Positions 9,767 through 20,221 of a stretch of 64,000 nucleotides of DNA are shown here, piece by piece. This DNA comes from Thermodesulfovibrionia bacterium. GTDB taxonomy: Bacteria > Nitrospirota > Thermodesulfovibrionia > Thermodesulfovibrionales > SM23-35. Numbering within the stretch: position 1 is the first letter of the stretch; the number at the start of each line of letters is the position of its first letter. A program made the translations under genes and the position numbers. The notes under the pieces were generated by a model. It worked only from the letters and a program-made list of their open reading frames with translations. It was not told the origin of the DNA and searched no databases. The stretch is from assembly GCA_041500225.1 (NCBI GenBank), contig JBGQLV010000001.1, positions 10,841-74,840 on the forward strand. The letters run 5' to 3'.

Positions 9767-10410
9767 TTTCTTCCTGCTCCAATTACAACCTTGACCTTGA
9801 TATCATTCATCCTTGCTCTTATATTTTTACCTGTTAATTCAAGTTTCAGGTCCTGAGTTAATGTTTCGTTGACCCCTGTTATGTCCAATGGCTCAGTTCT
9901 TATGTTATTGACCTTTCCTACTTCAGACCTTATACCTTCGATTACCACAGTCTGTGGAACTGCTTCAATAGATTTTACATAATAACCTTTCTCAGGGTCG
10001 CCTATAATAACAGGCATTACCTTAACGGTCTTTGTTATTGTTTCTTTGGTTATGACCTTAATACTGGAAGGGCTTATATTCATAACAGTTATCGCATGAG
10101 GCAGTTTTATATCATCTCTGGTTAAATAGTAGATACTTTCTCCTTTTTTAGATTTACTGAGATCGATATAGACCCTTATATCTGATGGTTTAACATTTTT
10201 GATGAGCCTCTCCTGGCCTTTTATATTCAGGCTTATCACCTTAACCCCATGATTAACCACCTCAAGTCCTGTCGGGATATTCTTGAACTCAACTGGTGCA
10301 TCAATAGATATCTCTGACTGGCCGCGGGAGGTCACAAAAAGCCATAATACAACAGATAGTAAAACAGCTGCTGTCTTAAGGCCAAGGTTTTCGAGAAAGA
10401 ATTTTCTCAT
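9763..10410 (-). CDS. cdaR: YbbR-domain protein (CdaR-like regulator of diadenylate cyclase)
   Basis: N-terminal TM helix followed by repeated beta-rich segments. 4-nt overlaps with cdaA upstream and glmM downstream. Confidence 0.6.
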   Translation of the reverse strand: MRKFFLENLGLKTAAVLLSVVLWLFVTSRGQSEISIDAPVEFKNIPTGLEVVNHGVKVISLNIKGQERLIKNVKPSDIRVYIDLSKSKKGESIYYLTRDDIKLPHAITVMNISPSSIKVITKETITKTVKVMPVIIGDPEKGYYVKSIEAVPQTVVIEGIRSEVGKVNNIRTEPLDITGVNETLTQDLKLELTGKNIRARMNDIKVKVVIGAGRK

Positions 10411-11192
10411 TTCTTTTCCGCCCCAGCGGATCTTTGAACCTTCTTTGCTGTAAATAAATCAGTAAGGACATCTCTGAGCGTTCCCATATCAAGGTGTGTT
10501 TCGAGCTTTCCGTTAATTGCCATTGATACAATTCCTGTTTCTTCTGATACAATGATTACTACAGCATCTGTCTCCTCTGTCAGACCCAGGCCCGAACGGT
10601 GTCTTGTACCTAATGACCTGCTAACCTCCGGATTCATTGTTATCGGCAGGAAACATCCAGCAGCAACAATCCTGTTACCCTTTATTACTATTGCACCATC
10701 ATGTATGGGTGAGGTGGGGTGGAATATGCTAAGGAGCACCTCTTTTGAGACCTTTGCATCCAGAGGGGTCCCCATTTCAACAAAGTCCTTGAGGCTTGTA
10801 TCACGTTCTATGGCAATGAGTGCACCTATTTTCCTGTTTGCAAGGGCGATGGTTGCTTTGACAATCTCTTCGAGGGATTTGAGTTCTGCGGCTGAGGTGA
10901 GTGTCTGAAGAAACTGTGTTTCTCCCATCTGTGCAAGGGCCCTTCTTATCTCAGGCTGAAAAATGATAATTATAGCAATGACTATCTGGGCCCAGAAGCT
11001 CTGAATCAGCCAGTCTACGGTATAAAGTTCAAAATATCTTGAAACCAGTGATGCGAATAGCAGGACACCGAGCCCGATAAGCATCTGTGCAGCCCTTGTA
11101 CCTTTTATGATAAGGAGAAGGCGGTAAAGTACGATAGACATCAGTATGATATCTACCAGATCCTGCCATCTAAATTGCTTTAGTATTTCCAT
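10407..11192 (-). CDS. cdaA: Membrane-anchored diadenylate cyclase CdaA (c-di-AMP synthase)
   Basis: Three N-terminal TM helices. DAC-domain motifs HDGAIVI and GTRHRSGLG. Confidence 0.85.
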   Translation of the reverse strand: MEILKQFRWQDLVDIILMSIVLYRLLLIIKGTRAAQMLIGLGVLLFASLVSRYFELYTVDWLIQSFWAQIVIAIIIIFQPEIRRALAQMGETQFLQTLTSAAELKSLEEIVKATIALANRKIGALIAIERDTSLKDFVEMGTPLDAKVSKEVLLSIFHPTSPIHDGAIVIKGNRIVAAGCFLPITMNPEVSRSLGTRHRSGLGLTEETDAVVIIVSEETGIVSMAINGKLETHLDMGTLRDVLTDLFTAKKVQRSAGAEKK

Positions 11193-11294
11193 TTCAAAAG
11201 GAGCCCTTGCCGCTTAATATCATAACATACATGCAGTATTTGACAAAATTACGTTTGTTTAGCCTTGATTACCAACAAGGTGGGAAAGAGGGTT

Positions 11295-11323
11295 TGACAA
11301 AAAAATGTCGATAAGTTATTTTA
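11295..11323 (+). promoter_or_regulatory. Putative sigma70-type promoter for the tRNA
   Basis: TTGACA (11295-11300), 17-nt spacer, TATTTT (11318-11323), about 11 nt before tRNA position 1. Confidence 0.4.
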
Positions 11324-11333
11324 AAGCACATAT

Positions 11334-11411
<78 letters not shown>

Positions 11412-11439
11412 TGAAAATGCTTAATTATCAAATACTGTA

Positions 11440-11469
11440 GGCTATCAGGACAAAAGTCTTGATAGCCTG
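11440..11469 (+). terminator. Strong hairpin downstream of the tRNA (possible terminator/processing signal)
   Basis: 13-bp stem AGGCTATCAGGAC/GTCTTGATAGCCT (one G-T) with AAAA loop. Only a weak T-tract follows. Confidence 0.4.
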
Positions 11470-11560
11470 AGTTACTTTATCAGGCCATCTAAAGGATAAA
11501 AGGTTCGAAATTGTCCCTGTTGCCAATAATGAAGAAAGGTAGAAATAGAAAAAAGATTAA

Positions 11561-12553
<993 letters not shown>

Positions 12554-12578
12554 ATTCATATCCTCTGCGAGTCATCGG

Positions 12579-13505
12579 CTATGCAGCTTCTATCCTGTTA
12601 CGCCCCTTAGCTTTTGCATCATATAATGCAAGGTCAGATGCATGAATCATTTTCTCAGCAGTATCTACAGAAGCCTCTGGTATACTGGCAAGTCCGATAC
12701 TTACAGTAATTTTTCCTGGTACGCCTGAAAATTGATGACCTGAAATCCCCTCAAGTATCCTTTTCGCAGCCTGTAAGGCATCCTCTTTTTTTGTTTCAGG
12801 AAGCAATACAATAAACTCCTCGCCACCCCACCTTGCCGCAGTATCTATTTTTCTGATGTGGTCTTTTATTATACTTGCTATCTCCTTGAGAACCAGATCT
12901 CCTGCATGATGACCATATTCATCGTTAACCTTTTTAAAATAATCTATATCTATCATCAAACAGGAAGTCGGGGACTGAAATCTTACAGTCCTGTTGAATT
13001 CCTTTTCTATGGCAGCCGAAAAATGCCTTCTGTTGAAAAGTTCTGTTAAAGGATCCGTAATCGCAAGGGTTTCTACCTTTAACAGAACTTCCTCTAACTG
13101 ACGATTCTTTTTTCTTAACTCATCCTGTAATGCCTTTGTTCTCAAACAGGCATATATCCTCGCGTTGAGCTCAATTTCATTATATGGCTTGGGTAAATAA
13201 TCATCAGCGCCTGCCTCCAACCCGGTAACCTTCTCCATTGTGGAACTTTTGACTGTGAGGATGATTATAGGAATACCCTTGGTATCTTCATTAAGTTTTA
13301 ACCAACGGCATACCTCGTTGCCATCGAGATCCGGTAAAACAAGATCAAGCAGTATAAGTTCAACGGGTTGGGTTTTTGCCATCTTGATTGCAGATTTACC
13401 ATTTTCAACCCATATAATCTCATACCCGTTAGCCTCTAAATAATCTTTTGCAACCTCTGCCTGAAGTTTATCGTCTTCTACAAGAAGAATTTTTGCCTTT
13501 GCCAT
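12579..13505 (-). CDS. Response-regulator receiver + GGDEF diguanylate cyclase
   Basis: REC signature LLDLVLPDLDG...KP. GGDEF domain with the GGEEF motif. Confidence 0.88.
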   Translation of the reverse strand: MAKAKILLVEDDKLQAEVAKDYLEANGYEIIWVENGKSAIKMAKTQPVELILLDLVLPDLDGNEVCRWLKLNEDTKGIPIIILTVKSSTMEKVTGLEAGADDYLPKPYNEIELNARIYACLRTKALQDELRKKNRQLEEVLLKVETLAITDPLTELFNRRHFSAAIEKEFNRTVRFQSPTSCLMIDIDYFKKVNDEYGHHAGDLVLKEIASIIKDHIRKIDTAARWGGEEFIVLLPETKKEDALQAAKRILEGISGHQFSGVPGKITVSIGLASIPEASVDTAEKMIHASDLALYDAKAKGRNRIEAA

Positions 13506-13647
13506 TTTAAGACCTTTTATCCTTACTTATATTTTCCCATATACTTCTTCCCTTTACAATATATTTTACCAGAGATCGGGCTGATTTCTTTAAGGAGAAA
13601 ATATCTTAACCTTTATTCAGAGAATTATTGTTTATATAAGCAGTGAT

Positions 13648-15177
13648 TTGATAAACTTCCCCATGCTAAATAATCATATAACTACCCCGGATGCATTAGA
13701 AAAAAAATTATATCAGCTTATTATCGCCAGGCTTGAGGGAGAAGGTATCAGTTCAGCGTCTTATCAGGAAGAAATATTTAAACTCGTAAAGAGGGGGATT
13801 GGCGGATTTATAGTCTTTGGTGGCAAAAAAGATGAGGTGAAATATTTCATTGATAAAATCCAGTCAATCTCAGAAACACATCTGTTCATAGCATCGGACA
13901 TCGAACGCGGGGTAGCGCAGCAAATACAAAACAGCACCATATTCCCATGCCAGATGGCTATAGCAGCAGCCATTGATAAAAATAGACCTGAAGATATTGC
14001 TATCCTTGAAAGAGCAGTAAAGGCAATAGCAGATGGGGCAAAGGATATCGGAATAAATATGCCCCTTATCCCTGTCCTTGATATAAATCAAAATCCTGAT
14101 AACCCTATTATTTGCACAAGGGCATTCTCTGACAACCCTGAAGATGTAGTATGGTTCGGCTCAGAATATATAAGGACATTGGAGAGTTCAGGGCTCATAA
14201 GCTGTGCCAAGCATTTCCCAGGACATGGGGACACATCCACAGACTCGCATATCTTGCTCCCTGTCATCAACAAATCTTACGAGGACTTGATGAATATGGA
14301 TATAATACCATTCAGAGAGGCCATTAAAACAGGGGTCAGCAGTATCATGATTGGACATTTAAGCATCCCGGCCATTGATTATAAACCTGCAAGCTTATCA
14401 AAAAAGATAATCACCGGTATATTGAGGGAAGAGCTTGGATTTGATGGTCTTATACTGACGGATGCCCTGAACATGAATGCCTTGAAAGACGTCGAAAATG
14501 TTCCTGTGCAATGCATAAAGGCAGGGGCTGACATATTACTACACCCAATAGATGTAGATTTTACAGTTAAAGAGCTGCTGTCTGCACTTGAGTCAAAAGA
14601 TATTACCGAAGAACAGATAGATTCAACAATAGATCGCATATTAAGGATAAAGAAAAAGATTAAATATGATAAACAGCAATTTAATTATGAGAACCATGAA
14701 AGGCTTTCATTACATCTCACTGAAATGTCAATAACCCTTGTAAAGAATACCTTTGGAATATTGCCGATTTCTGAAAAGAGTAAGACGCATTTAGTTTTTT
14801 CCGGAGACAATGAATTTTTTAAATCATCTCCATTAAAGACATATTTCAAAGATATCTCAATAATTACCGATGCGATGGATTTAAAAAATAAAATCGCCAT
14901 ATTTGCCATATTTACAAGCGTTGCTGCATGGAAAGGGAGTTCAGGGCTAGATGAGGATGAAAGGAATCGGATTAATGAACTCATCAGGAAGTCCGGAAAT
15001 TCTATTGTCATTTCCTTCGGGAGTCCTTATGTTCTGCGCCATTTCTGGGAAGCAGATTTACTTGTGGCTGCTTATGAGCCAACTGAACAGGCACAAAAGG
15101 CTGTTATAAAGTGTTTGACAGGAGAAATGGATTTTAAAGGCCGACTTCCTGTTAAAGTTAATTTTTTGGAAGGTTAA
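13648..15177 (+). CDS. Glycoside hydrolase family 3 (NagZ-like beta-N-acetylhexosaminidase) with C-terminal extension
   Basis: KHFPGHGDT and LTDALNM motifs. TTG start called by the track (alternative ATG at 13663). Confidence 0.75.
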   Translation: MINFPMLNNHITTPDALEKKLYQLIIARLEGEGISSASYQEEIFKLVKRGIGGFIVFGGKKDEVKYFIDKIQSISETHLFIASDIERGVAQQIQNSTIFPCQMAIAAAIDKNRPEDIAILERAVKAIADGAKDIGINMPLIPVLDINQNPDNPIICTRAFSDNPEDVVWFGSEYIRTLESSGLISCAKHFPGHGDTSTDSHILLPVINKSYEDLMNMDIIPFREAIKTGVSSIMIGHLSIPAIDYKPASLSKKIITGILREELGFDGLILTDALNMNALKDVENVPVQCIKAGADILLHPIDVDFTVKELLSALESKDITEEQIDSTIDRILRIKKKIKYDKQQFNYENHERLSLHLTEMSITLVKNTFGILPISEKSKTHLVFSGDNEFFKSSPLKTYFKDISIITDAMDLKNKIAIFAIFTSVAAWKGSSGLDEDERNRINELIRKSGNSIVISFGSPYVLRHFWEADLLVAAYEPTEQAQKAVIKCLTGEMDFKGRLPVKVNFLEG

Positions 15178-15179
15178 AA

Positions 15180-16430
15180 TTGAAAATTGATATTTCCCCT
15201 TACATTCAGGTATTCCGCAGCCGGAGTATTGCGATTATAACATTCCTTGGTTTTTCCTCAGGGCTACCTTTAGCCTTAACCGGTGGTACATTACAGGCAT
15301 GGATGACAGTAGCCGGAGTTGATTTACGCACCATCGGTATATTTGCACTTGTGGGATTGCCTTATACATTGAAATTCCTTTGGTCACCTTTTATGGATCG
15401 TTTTATCCCTCCATGGCTTGGAAGACGCCGGGGCTGGATAATCATAACTCAACTTAGTCTTATTATTGGTATTTCAGCCATGGCTTTTAGTTCCCCACAG
15501 CAAGCTCCATTACTGTTAGCTGCACTTGCCCTGATGGTAGCTTTTATATCTGCCTCTCAGGATATTGTGATTGATGCATACCGTACCGATGTTTTACAAG
15601 AACAACAGCGTGGGGTAGGGGCTGCCGTGTTTGTAATGGGCTATCGAATTGCAATGCTCGTCTCAGGGGCGCTGGCGCTTGTTCTATCCGATTATATAGG
15701 CTGGCGGAACACTTATTTATTAATGGCCGGAATAATGGGAGTAGGAATAATAACAACACTTTTAGGGACCGAGCCTGACACAAGGATAGTGCCTCCTCAA
15801 AGCATTCGAGAAGCTGTATGGGGACCTCTGAAGAATTACTTTTCGAGAAACTCTGCCATTTGGCTTTTATTTTTAATAGTACTCTATAAGTTAGGAGATG
15901 CTTATGCAAGCTCGTTGACTACTGCGTTTCTTATCAGGGGGGTGGGCTTTTCTGTAAGCGATGTGGGTACCATAAATAAGGGACTTGGTTTCGTCTCACT
16001 GATTGTGGGTGCAATGTTTGGAGGCACTTTAATGATTAGGCTGGGGCTTTTCCGCTCCCTGGTAATCTTTGGTATTCTTCAGGCTGTATCAAATCTTTCA
16101 TTCATGGTTTTAGCATGGATGGGTAAAAGTTATGGTATGTTAATTTTTGCTATCGCCTTTGAAAACATGAGCGGTGGTATGGGTACGGCAGCCTTTGTCT
16201 CACTTCTAATGGCGTTGTGTAATCATCGCTACACTGCAACACAGTACGCACTATTGTCATCGATTGCTGCTCTTGGTCGGATATTCATATCACCAACATC
16301 AGGCTATCTGGTGGAGTCAATAGGCTGGGCCAGTTTCTTTTTTATAACCTTTCTTGTTGCCCTGCCTGGATTGTGGCTTTTATGGAGGCTGCGCAGTGTA
16401 GTTTCAGATTTAAGAAGCGAGATGGGCTAA
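15180..16430 (+). CDS. ampG: AmpG-family muropeptide MFS permease
   Basis: Polytopic MFS. LPYTLKFLWSPFMDRF closely matches the AmpG signature as I recall it from E. coli. Confidence 0.8.
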   Translation: MKIDISPYIQVFRSRSIAIITFLGFSSGLPLALTGGTLQAWMTVAGVDLRTIGIFALVGLPYTLKFLWSPFMDRFIPPWLGRRRGWIIITQLSLIIGISAMAFSSPQQAPLLLAALALMVAFISASQDIVIDAYRTDVLQEQQRGVGAAVFVMGYRIAMLVSGALALVLSDYIGWRNTYLLMAGIMGVGIITTLLGTEPDTRIVPPQSIREAVWGPLKNYFSRNSAIWLLFLIVLYKLGDAYASSLTTAFLIRGVGFSVSDVGTINKGLGFVSLIVGAMFGGTLMIRLGLFRSLVIFGILQAVSNLSFMVLAWMGKSYGMLIFAIAFENMSGGMGTAAFVSLLMALCNHRYTATQYALLSSIAALGRIFISPTSGYLVESIGWASFFFITFLVALPGLWLLWRLRSVVSDLRSEMG

Positions 16431-17165
16431 ACACTTTTGTTTAGGTCTCAAAACAATGATACCTGGTTTACCAACTATATATTTTTTAAAATCCTGATCA
16501 ACTACTTTTCTATGTTCCTTTTGTGATGACGCATGTCTTAAACAAAGGTTATCACCGTCTTTAACTATAATTCCCACATGCGAAACATCTAACCCTTTTA
16601 CCCTTGAATATATCCCGACATAATCCCCTGTTCTGAGTTTGCTTAAAACTGAATCGTTAATTGAATCAGGAGGTATATATTTAATTTCTCGCTTTACAGT
16701 TTGAATCCCGGGCAGAAAATATGTTCTATCCTTTTTCTGATTAAGCGTTTTCTGAACTCTTATCGTCTTTTCAGCGCCGATTTCTTCAGTAATGTCATCA
16801 ATAAAGTCTGAATTAAATTCTCGCCAATCCGTGAAGAAGTGATTTCTATCCTCAAAGGCAACTATTCCTGATTTGTATCTCACCTTTCTTAAATTTACCT
16901 TAAATTCGGGAAAAGAGCCTGATAACCGCATTGCCTCTATGTAATCGATAAAGGTAAAACAATCAACTCCTTTCAGATTTATCATGAAAACCTCTGGTAT
17001 GTTTATACCTCCAATTAAAGTTGATTCGACATAATCTAAATCCAGAAAATTTCTGGAAAGAAAGTCTATCCGGCCGGCAGCATCCTTAATTTTAGATGAT
17101 TTTTGTATGATACGATCTAATTCTTCCTGCGAAAATTTACCTAAGAGAATATGTGTCTTATACAT
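16410..17165 (-). CDS. DUF1460-like protein (N-acetylmuramoyl-L-alanine amidase-like), putative
   Basis: GVDCFTFIDYIEAMRLS-type motif recalled from DUF1460. Context between ampG and nagA. 21-nt convergent overlap with ampG. Confidence 0.45.
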   Translation of the reverse strand: MYKTHILLGKFSQEELDRIIQKSSKIKDAAGRIDFLSRNFLDLDYVESTLIGGINIPEVFMINLKGVDCFTFIDYIEAMRLSGSFPEFKVNLRKVRYKSGIVAFEDRNHFFTDWREFNSDFIDDITEEIGAEKTIRVQKTLNQKKDRTYFLPGIQTVKREIKYIPPDSINDSVLSKLRTGDYVGIYSRVKGLDVSHVGIIVKDGDNLCLRHASSQKEHRKVVDQDFKKYIVGKPGIIVLRPKQKCLAHLAS

Positions 17166-17299
17166 GGATAATTATAACAAACCCGTCCCTCTCTATCCCG
17201 CCTTACCAAGGGGGGAATTAAAGGGGGTGTTTTTTGTTATGCCCAACACAACTGATGGACAAATTGTCTTAAGTAGCTTCTATGCTATTATAATCAACA

Positions 17300-18175
17300 A
17301 TGAAGATTATTGATATCCATGCCCATGGCATAGGCGGTTACGATACAAGGACAACAGCCGAAGGCGATATCCTTAAAATAGCTGAAATACAGGGCTCATA
17401 TGGAATTTCGGAAATCCTTCTTACCATATACCCGTCTATTGTAAAGGTAATGAGGGAAAATATGGATGCAGTCAGAAAGGCAATGAAACTGCAAGATGCA
17501 AGATACAAGATGCAGGATACAAAACCTGCGAAAATCATCGGAGTTCATCTCGAAGGTCCATTCCTCAATCCATCAAAATGCGGTGCTTTGAATGCGGGTG
17601 CATTCGCTGAACCGGCTGAGTATAAGCTCAAAGAACTCATTGAAGGTTTTGAAGATATAGTAAAGATAATGACTATCGCACCTGAAATAAAGGGAGCTGC
17701 AGGTTTAATCAAAAAGATATCTGACAGGGGAATCATTGTCAGTATGGGGCATTCTGATGCAACATATGCTGATGCAGAGGCTGGTTTTAATGCAGGCGCT
17801 AAGGGAATAACACACATCTTTAATGCGATGCGTAGTTTTCATCACAGGGAGCCGGGGCTTGCAGGGTTTGGACTTTTAAATCAGGATATTTATATTGAGG
17901 TTATTGCAGACCCCTATCATCTCCATTCAAAAACCCTTGAATTGATATTCAAAACAAAGAATCCTTACAGGATAATAATAGTGTCAGATACAGTAAAAGA
18001 AGCAAAAGTAGGAGAGGAGAAGGATCAAGGTATCACAAATATTCACGGCAGACTTTCAGGTGGCTGCATGACCATTACAGAATCTTCAAAAAGGCTTATT
18101 AAGACAGGATACAATGAAAGTGCCATAATGGATTGCATAACTAAAAATCCTGGAAGTTATATCAGTTCTTTCTAA
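17300..18175 (+). CDS. nagA: N-acetylglucosamine-6-phosphate deacetylase-like amidohydrolase (short form)
   Basis: IDIHAHG, GVHLEGPFLN, MGHSDATYA and ITHIFNAM motifs. 291 aa, shorter than the E. coli enzyme. Confidence 0.65.
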   Translation: MKIIDIHAHGIGGYDTRTTAEGDILKIAEIQGSYGISEILLTIYPSIVKVMRENMDAVRKAMKLQDARYKMQDTKPAKIIGVHLEGPFLNPSKCGALNAGAFAEPAEYKLKELIEGFEDIVKIMTIAPEIKGAAGLIKKISDRGIIVSMGHSDATYADAEAGFNAGAKGITHIFNAMRSFHHREPGLAGFGLLNQDIYIEVIADPYHLHSKTLELIFKTKNPYRIIIVSDTVKEAKVGEEKDQGITNIHGRLSGGCMTITESSKRLIKTGYNESAIMDCITKNPGSYISSF

Positions 18176-18180
18176 TCTCA

Positions 18181-20034
18181 TTATCTCCCTATTAATATAT
18201 CTTCTTTTTGAGACTGCTTCTCCGCTGGTTTCTGAATTGAGCGTAAGTCTGTGGATTCAGCACCCTTCTCTTTTGATCTTTCAATATAATGTTCAGCAGC
18301 TTTTTTCTGCCCTTCAGTCGTATAACCTTCTAACTTTTGTTGCTTTCCTGAAGGTTGTATCTGTCTTTTATATTCCTTAATCGATCCTCCCTTCCCGCTG
18401 TCTATCTGTCTTTTCTTATCTTCCTGATATATATCTTCTTTTTGAGACTGTTTCCCCGTTGGTTTTTGGATAGAGCGTAAATCTGCGGGTTCAGATGTCT
18501 TCCTTTTCGGTTTCTCTATAGTTGGTTTATTGATTTCCTTTGGCTTTTTGGGTGTATAACCCTCTGACTGTTGTTGTTTCCCAGAAGGTTGTATCTGTTT
18601 CTGAGGAAAAGTTTCTTTTCCCATATATTTTCCAGTACCTGTAACTGTTGGCTCTTTTAATGTCTTGATGGGCATTGTTTTCTGCGGGGATTCCGGTCTC
18701 AGCACAGAAGACGTCCTTTCTTTTACTAAGGGACGCTCCCTTTTTAAATTTCTAACCTGTATATTCATGACCGGCTGAGGCGGTTGTTTTATGCGAGGTA
18801 TCTCCTTGATTAGCGGCATGAAGGTTGTCCTCTCCGGTTTTATGGATGGTCTTCCTATACTTAATCTTTCCCTGAGAAATGGGTTCTCCTTTATTTTTAC
18901 ATCCACAGGTTTTCCTCTTAAGAAGGTATCGCGGTGAATAGTTGTCACAGCATTGCTTAAGAATGCATTTTTATAAACATTCGGGATAACGGTCTTATGG
19001 ATATCTATATTGAATATATTCACGCTACCTGGTCCGTAATAACCATAACCATAATAGAGTTCTCCAGGGGCAAGAGGAACCCACGCTACTAATGTGGGGG
19101 TATGAACCCAGCCCACAAATCCAGGGCCCCAGTAAACAGCGCCTCTGACAGGTGGCACCCATACCCATCCTATGGAGACAGTATGTGCCCATCTTCCATA
19201 GTGATAGGGAACCCATCCCCAGGGTTCGTAAGAAACCCATACATAGTCCCCGCCTATCCAGACCCACCTGCCAATACTGTATGGAGACCATCCAACGGAT
19301 ACGCTGACCGTTGGCGTCCAGACATAACCGTAATCCGTTGTATATACCCATCTCCCGTTTTTATCAAAATCATAGGAATAGGCATCAAGCTCGTCAGGCA
19401 GATATCTGTTGCTATATCTCCCCTCATCGAGTTTTCTATTCCTTTCCCTATTCCAATTTTCCCATTCATCAGAAGATCCTAACGGAGATAGATCTGCAAA
19501 GAAATCTTCTCCGACAGACAGGGTTTTGCCTGCGCTAATCCTTGTCTTCCCATTTCTGCTTTCTGCATATACCGTACCCTTGAACACGGAGATATCCGTA
19601 AAACCATCAGGGGATACATCAATTTTGAATTTAGACCTGTCATATGCCCGTATTGAAGAAACAGGTGTATCTATTTGAAGAAGACTGTCTCTCGGTCCCC
19701 TGAAATTCACGTAAGCATGTCCTGTGGTTAAATAAAACTGAGAAGAATCTTCCCCTGCTGTAAGTATTTCGAGAGAAGAGCTTTCATCAAGCCTCACGTA
19801 TGTACCGTCTCTTAACTGGAGTTCAGCCCTGCCTGATTCAGGCACCCACACCCCGTCACCTTCTTTCAGAGGCATGTTTATGGAAGCAGGAACCCATTCA
19901 GACGTATCCTCTGTTTTTACCTGGACGTCACCTTGTATGAGACTTATACGCAATGATCCAAGGTTTGATGAGTAAGCATATGTCGGCAATAGAAAAAGTA
20001 TCAATGCAATAATTATGAGTTTATAAATCTTCAT
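18181..20034 (-). CDS. Secreted FecR-domain-like protein with Trp-rich YxWxW region and a tandemly duplicated Lys/Gln-rich C-terminus
   Basis: Signal peptide MKIYKLIIIALILFLLPTYAYS. Central GYVWTP...GRWVWIGGDYVWVSYEPWGWVPYHYGRW. C-terminal repeat QIQPSGKQQ..EGYT...DLRSIQKP..KQSQKEDI occurs twice. Confidence 0.6.
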   Translation of the reverse strand: MKIYKLIIIALILFLLPTYAYSSNLGSLRISLIQGDVQVKTEDTSEWVPASINMPLKEGDGVWVPESGRAELQLRDGTYVRLDESSSLEILTAGEDSSQFYLTTGHAYVNFRGPRDSLLQIDTPVSSIRAYDRSKFKIDVSPDGFTDISVFKGTVYAESRNGKTRISAGKTLSVGEDFFADLSPLGSSDEWENWNRERNRKLDEGRYSNRYLPDELDAYSYDFDKNGRWVYTTDYGYVWTPTVSVSVGWSPYSIGRWVWIGGDYVWVSYEPWGWVPYHYGRWAHTVSIGWVWVPPVRGAVYWGPGFVGWVHTPTLVAWVPLAPGELYYGYGYYGPGSVNIFNIDIHKTVIPNVYKNAFLSNAVTTIHRDTFLRGKPVDVKIKENPFLRERLSIGRPSIKPERTTFMPLIKEIPRIKQPPQPVMNIQVRNLKRERPLVKERTSSVLRPESPQKTMPIKTLKEPTVTGTGKYMGKETFPQKQIQPSGKQQQSEGYTPKKPKEINKPTIEKPKRKTSEPADLRSIQKPTGKQSQKEDIYQEDKKRQIDSGKGGSIKEYKRQIQPSGKQQKLEGYTTEGQKKAAEHYIERSKEKGAESTDLRSIQKPAEKQSQKEDILIGR

Positions 20035-20171
20035 TTTTGTTCTCCCTTTTTATAACAGTTTCTGATTAACTAACTCTCTCTTGCCATTTAATTTATTAAA
20101 CACATTTGAATAGAATTAATTTCTTCGGAGGTTGAAATCTTTATTAAATTGTATATGAGTTGAGCATGTTT

Positions 20172-20180
20172 TGCTATAAT
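20172..20180 (+). promoter_or_regulatory. Extended -10 promoter element (TGcTATAAT) upstream of the glutaredoxin-like selenoprotein gene
   Basis: TGCTATAAT at 20172-20180. GGAGG RBS at 20209-20213, 8 nt before ATG 20222. Confidence 0.35.
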
Positions 20181-20221
20181 AAACTAAACTACAAATATAA
20201 AATGATCTGGAGGTACATATC

